Notes: generated from the letters alone by a model not told the origin. A stretch of 64,000 nucleotides of DNA from Bacteroidota bacterium (GCA_034658635.1 JAYEFL010000286.1:1773-65772), one strand, 5' to 3'. Counted from the stretch's first letter, positions 1 to 9,724 are shown. Numbers and translations: made by a program.

Positions 1-707
1 TCAACTCTTCAGGATGGCAATTAGGCAACTCTGACAACCTGAACATTTCTGGAAATGAAGGCTTGTTTTTTGGCATCAATTCAGGATATGCAACAGAAGA
101 TACACATGTGACCGACTACCTTTATACTCCTCAAATCAATCTTTCTCAATTTGAAGAACAAACAGTTAGTCTCAAATTTAATCATGCTCTTCGGGTTTAC
201 CGCAATTACGATAAACTCTCTGTGATTTACCGCATAGATCCTGGCTCAGATTGGATTGTTTTAGAGGAACTAAGAGTTACAGCAACTAATAGCTGGACCT
301 GGCAGCAAAAACAGATTGAAATGCCTCAGGAAGCTCTTGTTGATGGGGTTCAGATAGGTTTTTTCTATGATGATAGTAACCAACACGCGTGGGGAGCTGG
401 CATTGACGATGTTCAACTTTATGTAAATACCACTTCAGTAATGGAGCTGGAGCTGCATAGCAACATCACTATTTTCCCAAATCCAAATCAGGGTAGCTTT
501 GACCTTCAGATCGAGCTGGGTGAGCTTAAAAAAGTTAAGCTGATCATGGTAGATATGCAGGGAAGAAATATTTGGGAAGATGAATTTATGCCTGAGGGCT
601 TAAAGACAAAGCATCACATTGATCTAAGTGATTTATCAAAAGGAAACTATCAGCTTATTATTTCTTCAGGGAAGCGAGAGTTCAACCGTATGGTGATTAT
701 TCAGTAG
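1..707 (+). CDS. Secreted protein, C-terminal fragment (gene starts upstream of the window), ending in a T9SS type-A C-terminal sorting domain
   Basis: The reading frame is open from nt 3, with no stop before the listed ORF at 63. The tail ITIFPNPNQGSFDLQI...GNYQLIISSGKREFNRMVIIQ matches the Bacteroidota Por/T9SS CTD pattern. The preceding GAGIDDVQLY resembles the end of a MAM or choice-of-anchor-J type beta-sandwich. Confidence 0.75.
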   Translation, partial: NSSGWQLGNSDNLNISGNEGLFFGINSGYATEDTHVTDYLYTPQINLSQFEEQTVSLKFNHALRVYRNYDKLSVIYRIDPGSDWIVLEELRVTATNSWTWQQKQIEMPQEALVDGVQIGFFYDDSNQHAWGAGIDDVQLYVNTTSVMELELHSNITIFPNPNQGSFDLQIELGELKKVKLIMVDMQGRNIWEDEFMPEGLKTKHHIDLSDLSKGNYQLIISSGKREFNRMVIIQ

Positions 708-1914
708 TCACAAGCATTGAACTGATATTTTTTAGTTCTCCATCTGTTGATGCGGGCTTAAGCCTCAGTATCTCAGCAATGAGAGAATACAAGTTTACAT
801 TTTCAAAACTCTCATGCACATATCCGGTTTTAAATGCCGGCCCTTTTGCATAAAAGATCCCATGCATATCAGAATTCCGTGGATCATACCCATGCGTTCC
901 TGCTGAGTAGCCCCTCTTTCTGTCTGAAAAACTCAGTCCCCAGCCACGGTTCGCTTCTACAATGAACTCTTCAATCCGTGGGTTAGTACCATAATGATAG
1001 TGCTCAGGAAGCTCATCTTTTTTCCACACTCTCAAATTAGGAGTAGCGCTTAGCAGTGAATAGAATTCTTGAGCATAATCATCTTCCGGACTAATAAGAT
1101 AGACCGGGTTTCCCCCATGAATTCTTTTCATACGTTCTGAATCAATGATTTCACTCAGAACAATATTATGATCAGCAGGGATTGCACCCATCCCATGATC
1201 TGAAGTAAGAATGAAATTCACTTCAATCCCAAGATCCTTTTCGGCTTTTTCAAGCTTATCAAGAAAATCACCCAGATATTTGTCAAGCTCTGAAATCATC
1301 TGGATAGTCTCGGGGCTATCAGGACCAAAATCATGTCCAACCCCATCTGGCTCATGAAAATAAAACAAGGTAAGGTGAGGACGCTCTCTTTTCGGTAGGT
1401 AAAGCCAGCTAATGACGGAATCAATCCGATTGTTAAATGGAAAACTATGTTCATACATTTTACGTGTGGAAGGCCTGAAAGTAGCATTGCTTTCTGTACC
1501 AACCCAAAAATACGATGCAGATTTTACTCCCTGCTTTTCAGCAGTTTCCCAAATAGGTTCTCCACCCCAAAAAGCTGAATCACCAACAGCATCACGATTC
1601 CTGATTGTAAAATCTCTCTTAAGCTCAGGGTCATAAAAATTGTTCTGAACAATTCCATGATTATCCGGATATAAGCCGGTAGCCATACTGTAATGATTTG
1701 GGAAAGTCTTACTGGGATAAGAAGGAATAAGAGATGCAGCATGAACCCCTTCCCTTACCAGGCGGTCAAAATTTGGCGTTTCTGTCTTACTTGCATAATC
1801 CCACCTAAAGCCATCCATTGACAGCATGATTACGTAGGGAGAATCCTTTTCCGTTGTGCAGGATGCGAAAAGGAGGGAGAAAACGACGAGAAGTATGGCT
1901 TTCATTTTTGACAT
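697..1914 (-). CDS. Ectonucleotide pyrophosphatase/phosphodiesterase (NPP, alkaline-phosphatase superfamily), probable lipoprotein
   Basis: 405-aa ORF with a lipoprotein-type signal (LLFASC). NPP motifs are present: SMDGFRWDY, TFPNHYSMATGLYPDNHGIV, HEPDGVGHDFGP, TSDHGMG. Confidence 0.85.
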   Translation of the reverse strand: MSKMKAILLVVFSLLFASCTTEKDSPYVIMLSMDGFRWDYASKTETPNFDRLVREGVHAASLIPSYPSKTFPNHYSMATGLYPDNHGIVQNNFYDPELKRDFTIRNRDAVGDSAFWGGEPIWETAEKQGVKSASYFWVGTESNATFRPSTRKMYEHSFPFNNRIDSVISWLYLPKRERPHLTLFYFHEPDGVGHDFGPDSPETIQMISELDKYLGDFLDKLEKAEKDLGIEVNFILTSDHGMGAIPADHNIVLSEIIDSERMKRIHGGNPVYLISPEDDYAQEFYSLLSATPNLRVWKKDELPEHYHYGTNPRIEEFIVEANRGWGLSFSDRKRGYSAGTHGYDPRNSDMHGIFYAKGPAFKTGYVHESFENVNLYSLIAEILRLKPASTDGELKNISSMLVTTE

Positions 1915-1927
1915 AGTGAGCGAGGAA

Positions 1928-1974
1928 TTAGGGCATAGAAAATAGAACTTAAGGCTAAGAAATAAGATTAAGGG
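1928..1974. repeat. Purine-rich intergenic repeat, copy A (partner at 62332-62377)
   Basis: ttagggcatagaaaatagaacttaaggctaagaaataagattaaggg aligns by hand with 62332-62377 at roughly 38 of 47 positions. The alignment includes an exact 15-mer, tagaacttaaggcta. Confidence 0.7.
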
Positions 1975-1995
1975 AAAACGAAAGACGAAAGACGA

Positions 1996-2023
1996 ATAAA
2001 AAAGCCCCGGATTTCTCCAGAGC
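1996..2023 (-). terminator. Rho-independent terminator of the TonB-dependent receptor gene
   Basis: On the minus-strand transcript, about 25 nt after the stop, the hairpin GCUCUGGA-GAAA-UCCGGGGC (8 bp, including two G-U pairs that form only on this strand) is followed by UUUUUUAUU. Confidence 0.6.
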
Positions 2024-2048
2024 TTTTTTATAATTCATCTACGTCTTG

Positions 2049-5000
2049 TTAGAAAGAATAACGTAATCCCAGCTGGGCCATCCAGCGTGAGCTACGTAGT
2101 CCACTATCATCAGCACTCCAGGTGCTTCTAGGTTCGTTATACTCGAAAGTTGGAGTTGTTCCATCATCTGCGAATCCTTCGAAGTCAATCAGGCGGAAAG
2201 CATCGTTGCCAACATACCAACGACGACCCCAGTCAGAATTCAACATGTTACCAAGATTGAAAATATCCATGGTTAACTGAAGCTTGTGACGTTTTCCACC
2301 AGCTTTAATGAAGAAGTCCTGAGCAATTTTCAGGTCGATAATATTCTGGAATGGTGTGCGTGCTCCATTACGTTCTGCATATTCTCCACGATGAGCACTC
2401 AAATAAGCATCATTCTCAATATAGGTATTAAGACCTTCCCATTGGGCAGCTGCAGTTTCGGCATCTGCGAATACAATATCAGACTGACTGGCAGGAATAT
2501 ATATCAGATTTCCTGAGTTTTGACCTTCACCATTTAAATCGCCATAATCATTGTATACATAGGAGAATCTGTCTCCTGATGATCCGTTATAGAAAAGGCT
2601 GATTTGAGTTGCAGCATGGTTGAAATACTCTTTTCTGTAGCTCAGGAAAGAAATAAATCTGTGTCCCTGATCGAAATCAGAATAAGTCAGACTGAGGTTA
2701 TTCAAGCCATTCACCTGCTCCATGTACTTCCATTGTGATGAGTTTTGTGAAGAAGTAGCATCATTAAGAGCCATTGATCGACCAAATGAATAAGCTACAT
2801 TGGCAGTGAATCCATTTTCAAATGGCTTCTCTAAAACAACACTGAAGTTATATGCATATCCTTCGCTGGTGTTTGTGCCAACCATGATCCGACCGTATGT
2901 AGGATCAAGCCTTTGATCTGAATAGTATGCACGTGTATCAGCTCCGGTAAGATTAAATTCTGCATCCGGACTTACGTTGATATTGTAATAGTTCACATTG
3001 TTGATGGTCTTTGTAAAGATTCCTTCAACTGTTCCAATCATTCCCCATGCAAGTTTCTGGTCTAAACCAAGGTTAGCACGGAACATTTGTGGGTACTTAA
3101 AATCTGAAGCGAAAAGGTCCATCTGACCACTTGGAATGGCATCTTCCATACCAAAATCAGTATTTTCATACTGGCCTTCCCAATCGCCTGTAAAGACGAT
3201 ATCATATCCCCAGCTACTCTTCACATAAACACCACCAATGGTAAGACCATTGTTTGTATAGGATCCACCAGGCCATACCAGAGGAAGCCGTGAGGTAAAG
3301 ATACCAACACCACCACGTAACTGGGTAGTTTCATCACCCTTAACATCCCAGTTAAATCCAATACGTGGAGACCACAAAAGTTGTGATGATGGCATTTGTC
3401 CGGCTTTGGCACCCATCATATCCCAACCAGCTGCCTCAAGTGTAGGAATAGTGGTTTCGTTGAAGTGAGTGTCTTCACCCTGAGCAGTCAGGAAGATAGG
3501 CATATCTGCCCGTAAACCAAATGTCAGTTTAAAGTCATCAGATACCTGAAATTCATCCTGAACATACAAGCCAACCTGCAGCATTTTAAAATCAGCAGCA
3601 GCAGCAGAACCATCACCGGTAATATTGTCAACCAGTGAATATCCACGCTCAAATTGTGCAGGGTTATTATCATAGAAATCCTGCATACTGTAGAAACGAT
3701 ACTCACCATAGTTCTTTCTCATAAACAGGTTGTACACACCGGCAAATTCATTGGAAGTACCAAATGTAATGGTGTGCTTACCTTTATAAATTGAGAGATT
3801 ATCAGTTATGGTAAATATATCCTGATTCAGTTCATTGGCAGTAGAATATGGCTCTGAACCCATGTATATAGTTCCTGAACCATCATAAATCCTGACAGCA
3901 GGGAAATTGCCTCCCATTGGATCACGATCATCGCGTACAGTAGTAAACACAGCAATAAAGTCATTGCTCACGTTATCAAAGTTTGACTTCAATTCAAGTG
4001 TGGTTGAATTGGTCTTACTTGGGAAATAAACTCCATTGTTATAGAAGTTTATTGAGCTACTTGATGAGCGACGAGGTGAAAGTGACTCATGATTCGTGTA
4101 GCTATGACGCAACATCAACTTGTGAGTAGTACTTAGATTCCAGTCTAAACGTACCAGCAATTTATCTGACTTAAGCTCTCTTGTATTGGCATCAAACGAA
4201 CCAGTTTCATAGCCATATGTATTATTAACATAGTCGGCAAGAGCATTCAGATCAGCAGCAGTAGAGTTTCCATTATAATTGCCCAAATCAAAAGGCTGAG
4301 GAGTTTTATCACGTTGCATTTCTGCATTAACGAAGAAATGAAGTTTGTTTTTGATGATCGGACCACCCAAACGGAAACCTGTTGTCTGTGCAGTAAAATC
4401 AGCAAGCTTTTCACGTGCCTCATCAATTTCTTCTTCTGTCATCTCATCTGAACCACTAATAGCGTTCAGTGGAGTCATTCCGGAAAGATTCTGATTTCTG
4501 TAAAAAGTGTACAATGATCCTTGGAATTCGTTAGTTCCTCTTCTGGTAACAGCATTAATACCAGCACCGGCAAATCCACTGTAACGAACATCATAAGGAG
4601 CAATAGTAATCTGGAACTGCTCAATAGCATCCAGAGAGATTGGAGTACCGCCGGTTTGTCCACCGTTTACTCCTGAGGCTGCCAAACCAAAAGCATCATT
4701 CTGATAGCCACCATCAATAGTCAGGCTGTTATACCGGTTATTCACCCCGGCAATAGAGATACCTGAATTATCATCAACTGTAGCCTGTGGTGTCAGTCGG
4801 GTAAAATCAGTCAGATCGCGACCAACAGTTGGCATTGCATCCATCTTCTCCATAGAGATAACTGTCTCAGAACCAGTACGGTTTCCATCAAAAATATTCA
4901 CATTACCTCTTTGGCCAACAACAGCCACCTCACCAAGCTTAACCGCGGTAGATTTAAGCCCGGGATTAATCTTAAAGGTCTGACCAAGGGTAAGATAGAT

Positions 5001-5285
5001 TCCATTCTTAGTCCAGGCCTCATTTCCCACATAGGTTACTTTTAGGGTATAAGGACCTCCGACATCCATGTTGGGAAGGCGGAAATATCCTTCTCCATCA
5101 GAGATTCCTCCAAATTGCGCTCCTGTTGGAACGTGAATAGCAACAACGGTTGCACCGATCAGGGCTTTTCCATCCGGACCAGTTACCTTACCGTTCATAC
5201 CGGATGTAGTGATCTGGGCCATTGAGTTCCCTGCAAGGAACAGGCCAAGAGTCACCATCATCAAGAATTGGGTTAACTTTCTCAT
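2049..5285 (-). CDS. TonB-dependent outer-membrane receptor with N-terminal carboxypeptidase-regulatory-like domain
   Basis: The ORF spans 2049-5354. The likely start is ATG 5285, giving the signal peptide MRKLTQFLMMVTLGLFLAGNSMAQ. A CarboxypepD_reg-like segment (GKVTGPDGKALIGATVVA...GYFRLPNMDVGGPYTLKVTYVG) is followed by a plug and a long beta-barrel ending in LGLRYSF. Confidence 0.9.
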   Translation of the reverse strand: MRKLTQFLMMVTLGLFLAGNSMAQITTSGMNGKVTGPDGKALIGATVVAIHVPTGAQFGGISDGEGYFRLPNMDVGGPYTLKVTYVGNEAWTKNGIYLTLGQTFKINPGLKSTAVKLGEVAVVGQRGNVNIFDGNRTGSETVISMEKMDAMPTVGRDLTDFTRLTPQATVDDNSGISIAGVNNRYNSLTIDGGYQNDAFGLAASGVNGGQTGGTPISLDAIEQFQITIAPYDVRYSGFAGAGINAVTRRGTNEFQGSLYTFYRNQNLSGMTPLNAISGSDEMTEEEIDEAREKLADFTAQTTGFRLGGPIIKNKLHFFVNAEMQRDKTPQPFDLGNYNGNSTAADLNALADYVNNTYGYETGSFDANTRELKSDKLLVRLDWNLSTTHKLMLRHSYTNHESLSPRRSSSSSINFYNNGVYFPSKTNSTTLELKSNFDNVSNDFIAVFTTVRDDRDPMGGNFPAVRIYDGSGTIYMGSEPYSTANELNQDIFTITDNLSIYKGKHTITFGTSNEFAGVYNLFMRKNYGEYRFYSMQDFYDNNPAQFERGYSLVDNITGDGSAAAADFKMLQVGLYVQDEFQVSDDFKLTFGLRADMPIFLTAQGEDTHFNETTIPTLEAAGWDMMGAKAGQMPSSQLLWSPRIGFNWDVKGDETTQLRGGVGIFTSRLPLVWPGGSYTNNGLTIGGVYVKSSWGYDIVFTGDWEGQYENTDFGMEDAIPSGQMDLFASDFKYPQMFRANLGLDQKLAWGMIGTVEGIFTKTINNVNYYNINVSPDAEFNLTGADTRAYYSDQRLDPTYGRIMVGTNTSEGYAYNFSVVLEKPFENGFTANVAYSFGRSMALNDATSSQNSSQWKYMEQVNGLNNLSLTYSDFDQGHRFISFLSYRKEYFNHAATQISLFYNGSSGDRFSYVYNDYGDLNGEGQNSGNLIYIPASQSDIVFADAETAAAQWEGLNTYIENDAYLSAHRGEYAERNGARTPFQNIIDLKIAQDFFIKAGGKRHKLQLTMDIFNLGNMLNSDWGRRWYVGNDAFRLIDFEGFADDGTTPTFEYNEPRSTWSADDSGLRSSRWMAQLGLRYSF

Positions 5286-5525
5286 AAAAAACAGTTTAGG
5301 TAAATACAAATTATAATTAATAATAGTCATTAAACACAAAAGGGTAATATGCAATTTAGTTAATCAAAAACTTCTGTTGAAACATCCCTGACTCAACTTA
5401 TTCACATTTTTCAAACAAAATATTAACCATTAGTAAACATTTTATGGGCCTGCAAAACTGCAAAATTTTGTCAAACATTGTTACTTTTACCAATAGAATT
5501 CACATTTAATTAATATTTGTGCGCA

Positions 5526-5918
5526 ATGAAAAGGTTCAGTGTTCTATTAATTTTGCTAATTATCATTCTTTCAGCCTGTGTTAAAGAAGCCGGTGAAGGA
5601 GGAAGGGGTACAATTGTGGGGAAGGTTTTTGCTTATGATTACAATGCTGAACTAACTGTTTTCAGAGCACAATATTACGCCCCCGAGGAGGATGTTTACA
5701 TCATATACGGCAATGATAGCTTGTATAGCGATCGTACGAGAACAAATTATGACGGCACTTACCGCTTCAAGTATTTACGTCCGGGTACCTACACCATTTT
5801 TGTGTATTCAAAAAATCTCAATACTAAACTACCCCCTTCTTTGCCTGAAAAGAAAACAGTTACAATCATTTCTGACGATCAGGTGGTTTTTGTCGATGAT
5901 ATCGAAATAATCAAGTAA
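5526..5918 (+). CDS. Small lipoprotein with carboxypeptidase-regulatory-like (Ig/beta-sandwich) fold
   Basis: ATG at 5526 gives MKRFSVLLILLIIILSAC, a lipobox. The segment GTIVGKV...DGTYRFKYLRPGTYTIFVYS is typical of CarboxypepD_reg-like domains. Confidence 0.6.
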   Translation: MKRFSVLLILLIIILSACVKEAGEGGRGTIVGKVFAYDYNAELTVFRAQYYAPEEDVYIIYGNDSLYSDRTRTNYDGTYRFKYLRPGTYTIFVYSKNLNTKLPPSLPEKKTVTIISDDQVVFVDDIEIIK

Positions 5919-5929
5919 GCCAAAAAATC

Positions 5930-6349
5930 ATGAAGCAATTAATTCTTCTTTTGTCATTTATTCTCAGCTTCTCTTCTGTTTTTGCCCAGGTAGGTAAGAA
6001 GGAAGCACTGGAAAAAAACATCAAATCTGTTTCTGAATGGGAAACAAAGCTGCGCGGCAGAAAATCAAAACCTGTTCAGGAGTCTTATACTGAATTCAAT
6101 CAGGTAGGAAAAATTGTTGAAATTATCGAACGTAATAATAGTGGTGAAATAACCCTGCATGAAAAATATGAGTATGATGAAGTTGGTAATAAGACAGTTG
6201 AGATCCAGCTAAATTCTAATGGATCAATAAACAAGAAGCACGTCTATATCTACGATCAAAACCTTCGCACTGCCAGAAAGACCTATGGCCCAAGTGGCAA
6301 GTTAATTGCCGAGAAAATGTATATATACAAGTTTCATGATAAAGACTGA
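5930..6349 (+). CDS. Hypothetical secreted protein
   Basis: 139-aa ORF with signal peptide MKQLILLLSFILSFSSVFAQ. It has a weak YD-like repeat character (HEKYEYDEVGNKT, KTYGPSGKL). It starts 11 nt after the upstream gene. Confidence 0.5.
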   Translation: MKQLILLLSFILSFSSVFAQVGKKEALEKNIKSVSEWETKLRGRKSKPVQESYTEFNQVGKIVEIIERNNSGEITLHEKYEYDEVGNKTVEIQLNSNGSINKKHVYIYDQNLRTARKTYGPSGKLIAEKMYIYKFHDKD

Positions 6350-6352
6350 GTA

Positions 6353-7138
6353 TTGACTGATTTTCACGATAAGCTATTTCAGTTTAGACCAATCTTCCTG
6401 GAAGATATGGGCTCAGTAAAACTGATGAACAGAACAGATACCAAGTATTTGCTTCATATTGATCAGCTGGGTAAGGTTCTGGATGCAGCTCTTAGCGATT
6501 ATCAGGTTCTGGAAATAAAGGAAAGACGGATTATGGGGTATGAAAGTCTTTATTTTGACACCCCTGATCACCAGATGTATATTTTACATCACAATAAAAA
6601 ACTCAACCGCCACAAGGTTCGGATTCGCCAGTATCTTGATTCCGAAGACTTTTTTCTGGAAGTTAAATTTAAAAATAACAAGGGACGCACATCAAAAAAG
6701 AGAATTACTGTATCCGGCAACAATGCTATTCATGAACAGAAGTCTGTAGCTTTTGTTGAACGGCTATCGCCATTCTCACCCTCACAAATTGAGCCCAAAC
6801 TCAATACCAGATTTGAAAGAATTACGCTGGTTAATCCTGAAAAAAGAGAAAGAATAACTATTGATATGAACCTCACTTTCCACAATCACAATGAGAGCAT
6901 AAAAATTCCCTACCTTGTTATTGTAGAAGTGAAGCGTGAATTAAGCTCTGACAATGATGGTTTCGGCAGCTTACTTAGTGAGCAGAGAATCTTCAAAAAA
7001 CGTATTAGCAAGTATTGCCTGGGAACGAATCTATTGTATCCTGAAAAGAAACACAATCGCTTCAAACCCAAAATTCTGTATTTAAAGAAATTAGATAAAT
7101 CTAAACATTATGATCAACTCTATTCTGCACTTATTTGA
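6353..7138 (+). CDS. VTC-domain (polyphosphate polymerase-like, CYTH/triphosphate-tunnel fold) protein
   Basis: 261 aa with an apparent TTG start. FRPIFLEDMGSVKLMNRTDTKYLL, YESLYFDTPDHQMY and NRHKVRIRQY match the bacterial VTC-domain family. Confidence 0.75.
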   Translation: MTDFHDKLFQFRPIFLEDMGSVKLMNRTDTKYLLHIDQLGKVLDAALSDYQVLEIKERRIMGYESLYFDTPDHQMYILHHNKKLNRHKVRIRQYLDSEDFFLEVKFKNNKGRTSKKRITVSGNNAIHEQKSVAFVERLSPFSPSQIEPKLNTRFERITLVNPEKRERITIDMNLTFHNHNESIKIPYLVIVEVKRELSSDNDGFGSLLSEQRIFKKRISKYCLGTNLLYPEKKHNRFKPKILYLKKLDKSKHYDQLYSALI

Positions 7139-7799
7139 TCTGTCAACAATACTGAATTTGTTTTTTCAAACTCAGGATGCACCAATCGAAGCAATAAGAT
7201 TATTTGGCATCAAGCTTATAAATCCCACTGATTTCTGGAACTTGATTCTCAGATTTACACTGAATCTGGGTGTAACTTATGTTTTGATCAAGATCATCTA
7301 TTTCAAAACCAATAGTAGAAAAGACTATTTCTTCATCTACTTCCTGATGAGCACCATCGTCTTCCTGATTTGTTTCATGCTCGGTAATGTGAAGATTGAA
7401 CTGGGATTTGCTCTGGGGCTATTCGCCATATTTGGAATTATCCGATATCGCACAGATCCAATTCCAATAAAAGAAATGACCTACCTGTTTCTGGTTGTGG
7501 GTGTTGCCATCATTAATGCATTATCAAATAAGAAGGTTAGTTATGCTGAGCTGATATTTACTAATTTGGCTATTTTGGGATTAACCTGGTATCTCGAAAA
7601 GATATGGATGGCCAAACAGCTGTCTGTCATTAGGATAAACTATGAAAAAATTGAATTGGTTCATCCATCCAAAAGGAAAGAATTAATAGAAGACCTGAAG
7701 AAAAGAACAGGTCTGGATGTTAAAGATGTAAGCGTTGCCAGGATGAGTTTCCTGAGAGATACAGCCCGTTTAATGGTTCGGTATAAGCCAAAATCCTGA
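7110..7799 (+). CDS. DUF4956-family integral membrane protein
   Basis: 229 aa with multiple TM helices. The motif GIIRYRTDPIPIKEMTYLF is typical of DUF4956. The start overlaps the VTC gene by 29 nt. Confidence 0.7.
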   Translation: MINSILHLFDLSTILNLFFQTQDAPIEAIRLFGIKLINPTDFWNLILRFTLNLGVTYVLIKIIYFKTNSRKDYFFIYFLMSTIVFLICFMLGNVKIELGFALGLFAIFGIIRYRTDPIPIKEMTYLFLVVGVAIINALSNKKVSYAELIFTNLAILGLTWYLEKIWMAKQLSVIRINYEKIELVHPSKRKELIEDLKKRTGLDVKDVSVARMSFLRDTARLMVRYKPKS

Positions 7800-7800
7800 C

Positions 7801-8499
7801 ATGATCAAACACGTCAAATTTCTAAAACTTGCAGTTATTCTCCTGACTTTTTCCGGAATTTTTTCGCCGGAAGCACGCGCACAGGAAGAAGATATGAATA
7901 TCTGGACTCGCTTTGCCATTAAATATGACTTGTCGTCAAAAACCCGAATTGCTATCGAGGAAGAATTTCGTTTTTTTGAGAATGCTTCCAGATTGGAGCA
8001 AAACCACACCGAAATAGGTTTGTCACATGAGTTATCTCCGCGATGGGATGGCGGAATCTATTATCGATTCATCTATGAAACAGATGAAAAAAATTCTTAC
8101 TCACTTGGGCACCGGAGTTGGATTCAATTAGAATATCAACTTCTTGATACTGACTTCAAAGTTTCATTACGATCACGCCTCCAAACAACCTATGCAGATT
8201 ATTACACCAGAGAAAACGGGCAAATTCCTGAAGTATATAACAGGAACAAGCTTAATGTCTCTTACAAACCTAAAAATGCTTACTGGATTCCGCATGCAGG
8301 GATCGAATTATGGTACTACCTCAATCCAATGTCAGGTAATCAGTTTATTGATAAGTACAGGACAACTATCGGATTGGAATTTCGCCAGAGCAAGCATTTT
8401 AGATGGGAGGTGTTTTTTAGCTTTCAGCAGCAAATTCAGGTGACTGATCCAGGAACGACATACATTCTCGGACTTTCAGGAACTTACCTGATCAATTAA
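7801..8499 (+). CDS. DUF2490-like outer-membrane beta-barrel protein
   Basis: 232 aa with signal peptide ...SPEARAQ and an alternating amphipathic beta-strand pattern. It starts 1 nt after the DUF4956 stop. Confidence 0.6.
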   Translation: MIKHVKFLKLAVILLTFSGIFSPEARAQEEDMNIWTRFAIKYDLSSKTRIAIEEEFRFFENASRLEQNHTEIGLSHELSPRWDGGIYYRFIYETDEKNSYSLGHRSWIQLEYQLLDTDFKVSLRSRLQTTYADYYTRENGQIPEVYNRNKLNVSYKPKNAYWIPHAGIELWYYLNPMSGNQFIDKYRTTIGLEFRQSKHFRWEVFFSFQQQIQVTDPGTTYILGLSGTYLIN

Positions 8500-9719
8500 A
8501 TTCTTTTAGCCTCAACCCACTTGTAGAGCTTATCTGAGCGACGAATCTTCTGGTCGGTTTTTATAGAGAATCTGATCCCCTTTTCCACTTTCTGAACAAG
8601 TTGGTCATCAACACGCATCTCATCAATAACAAATTGCAGAACACCGGTTGTGGGTCCTGTAACCAAAATTTCATCTCCAACTTCAAGTTCTTTGGTCTCC
8701 ATCAGAAATTCTGCCACTCCCAGGCGATCAAAATAGTTCATCCCCTTACCAAGATAAACCTTCCTCCGGGTTGCTTCAGAACCATAGACTTTACTCCATT
8801 CTCCAAGTTTTCTACCCAGATAATAACCATCCCAAAAGCCTCTGTTAAATACCGTTTTCAGCCTCTCTGTCCATGCCAATATTTTTTCCTGACTGTATGT
8901 TCCGTCAAAAACAGACTGAACAGCTTCCTTGTAGCAACTGACTGTTGTCTTAACATACTCAGGCGGGCGGGCCCTGCCTTCGATTTTCAGAAGCCCTACA
9001 CTTGCAGCAAGCAGCTTGTCTACAAACCCAATTGTAGACAGGTCTTTTGGCGACATAATATACTCATTATCAATGAGCAACTCATCGCCAGTTTCCTTTT
9101 CAGTAACAATATAGGATCTGCGGCAACCTTGCAAACAGGCCCCTCTGTTGGCTGATGAATTGTATCTGTGAAGACTCATATAACACTTGCCGGAAGTTGC
9201 CATACAAAGTGCACCATGAGCAAACATTTCCAGCCTGATCAACTGGCCTGATGGCCCCTTAAGTTGATCTGCACCAATTTGGCGGGCAATTTCTGCTACC
9301 TGTTCCAGGTTCAGCTCTCTGGCCAATACAACAACATCAGCATAAGGAGCATAAAATTTCAATGCTGAATAATTAGAAATATTTATCTGGGTAGACAGAT
9401 GAATCACCATCCCCTGTGACCGGCCATAATCAATCACCGACTGGTCTGAGGCAATCAGGGCAGAAACCTCATTCTCCTTTGCTGCGTCGACCAGCTTTTT
9501 CATCAGAGGGATATCCTGATCAAACATCACGGTATTTAGTGTCAGATAGGTTTTCATCCCATTATCGCGGCACCGGGTAGTGATGGTTTTCAAATCATCG
9601 ATTGTAAAATTAAGGCTTGATTTGGAGCGCATGCTCAAATGCTCCAAACCAAAATATACAGAATCAGCCCCAGCCTGAATAGCGGCACTTAAGGATTCAA
9701 ACGACCCCACCGGAGCCAT
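8496..9719 (-). CDS. Peptidase U32 family protein (probable Fe-S hydroxylase-type U32 member)
   Basis: The ORF extends to 9758, but ATG 9719 (MAPVGSFESLSAAIQAGADSVYFG) is the canonical U32 N-terminus and removes the overlap with the upstream gene. A four-Cys cluster is present: C-x6-C-x15-C-x3-C (GALCMATSGKCYMS...GACLQGC). Confidence 0.85.
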   Translation of the reverse strand: MAPVGSFESLSAAIQAGADSVYFGLEHLSMRSKSSLNFTIDDLKTITTRCRDNGMKTYLTLNTVMFDQDIPLMKKLVDAAKENEVSALIASDQSVIDYGRSQGMVIHLSTQINISNYSALKFYAPYADVVVLARELNLEQVAEIARQIGADQLKGPSGQLIRLEMFAHGALCMATSGKCYMSLHRYNSSANRGACLQGCRRSYIVTEKETGDELLIDNEYIMSPKDLSTIGFVDKLLAASVGLLKIEGRARPPEYVKTTVSCYKEAVQSVFDGTYSQEKILAWTERLKTVFNRGFWDGYYLGRKLGEWSKVYGSEATRRKVYLGKGMNYFDRLGVAEFLMETKELEVGDEILVTGPTTGVLQFVIDEMRVDDQLVQKVEKGIRFSIKTDQKIRRSDKLYKWVEAKRI

Positions 9720-9724
9720 GATCT

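Noticed and set aside
5286-5525. This is the largest intergenic region (240 bp). I inspected it for a tRNA, a riboswitch or an sRNA, and noted a 10-bp palindrome CAAAATTTTG at 5461-5470.
   Set aside because: It is uniformly AT-rich, with no cloverleaf-like or conserved riboswitch-like stems. It is most simply a divergent promoter region. The palindrome alone is too short and AT-rich to call an operator.
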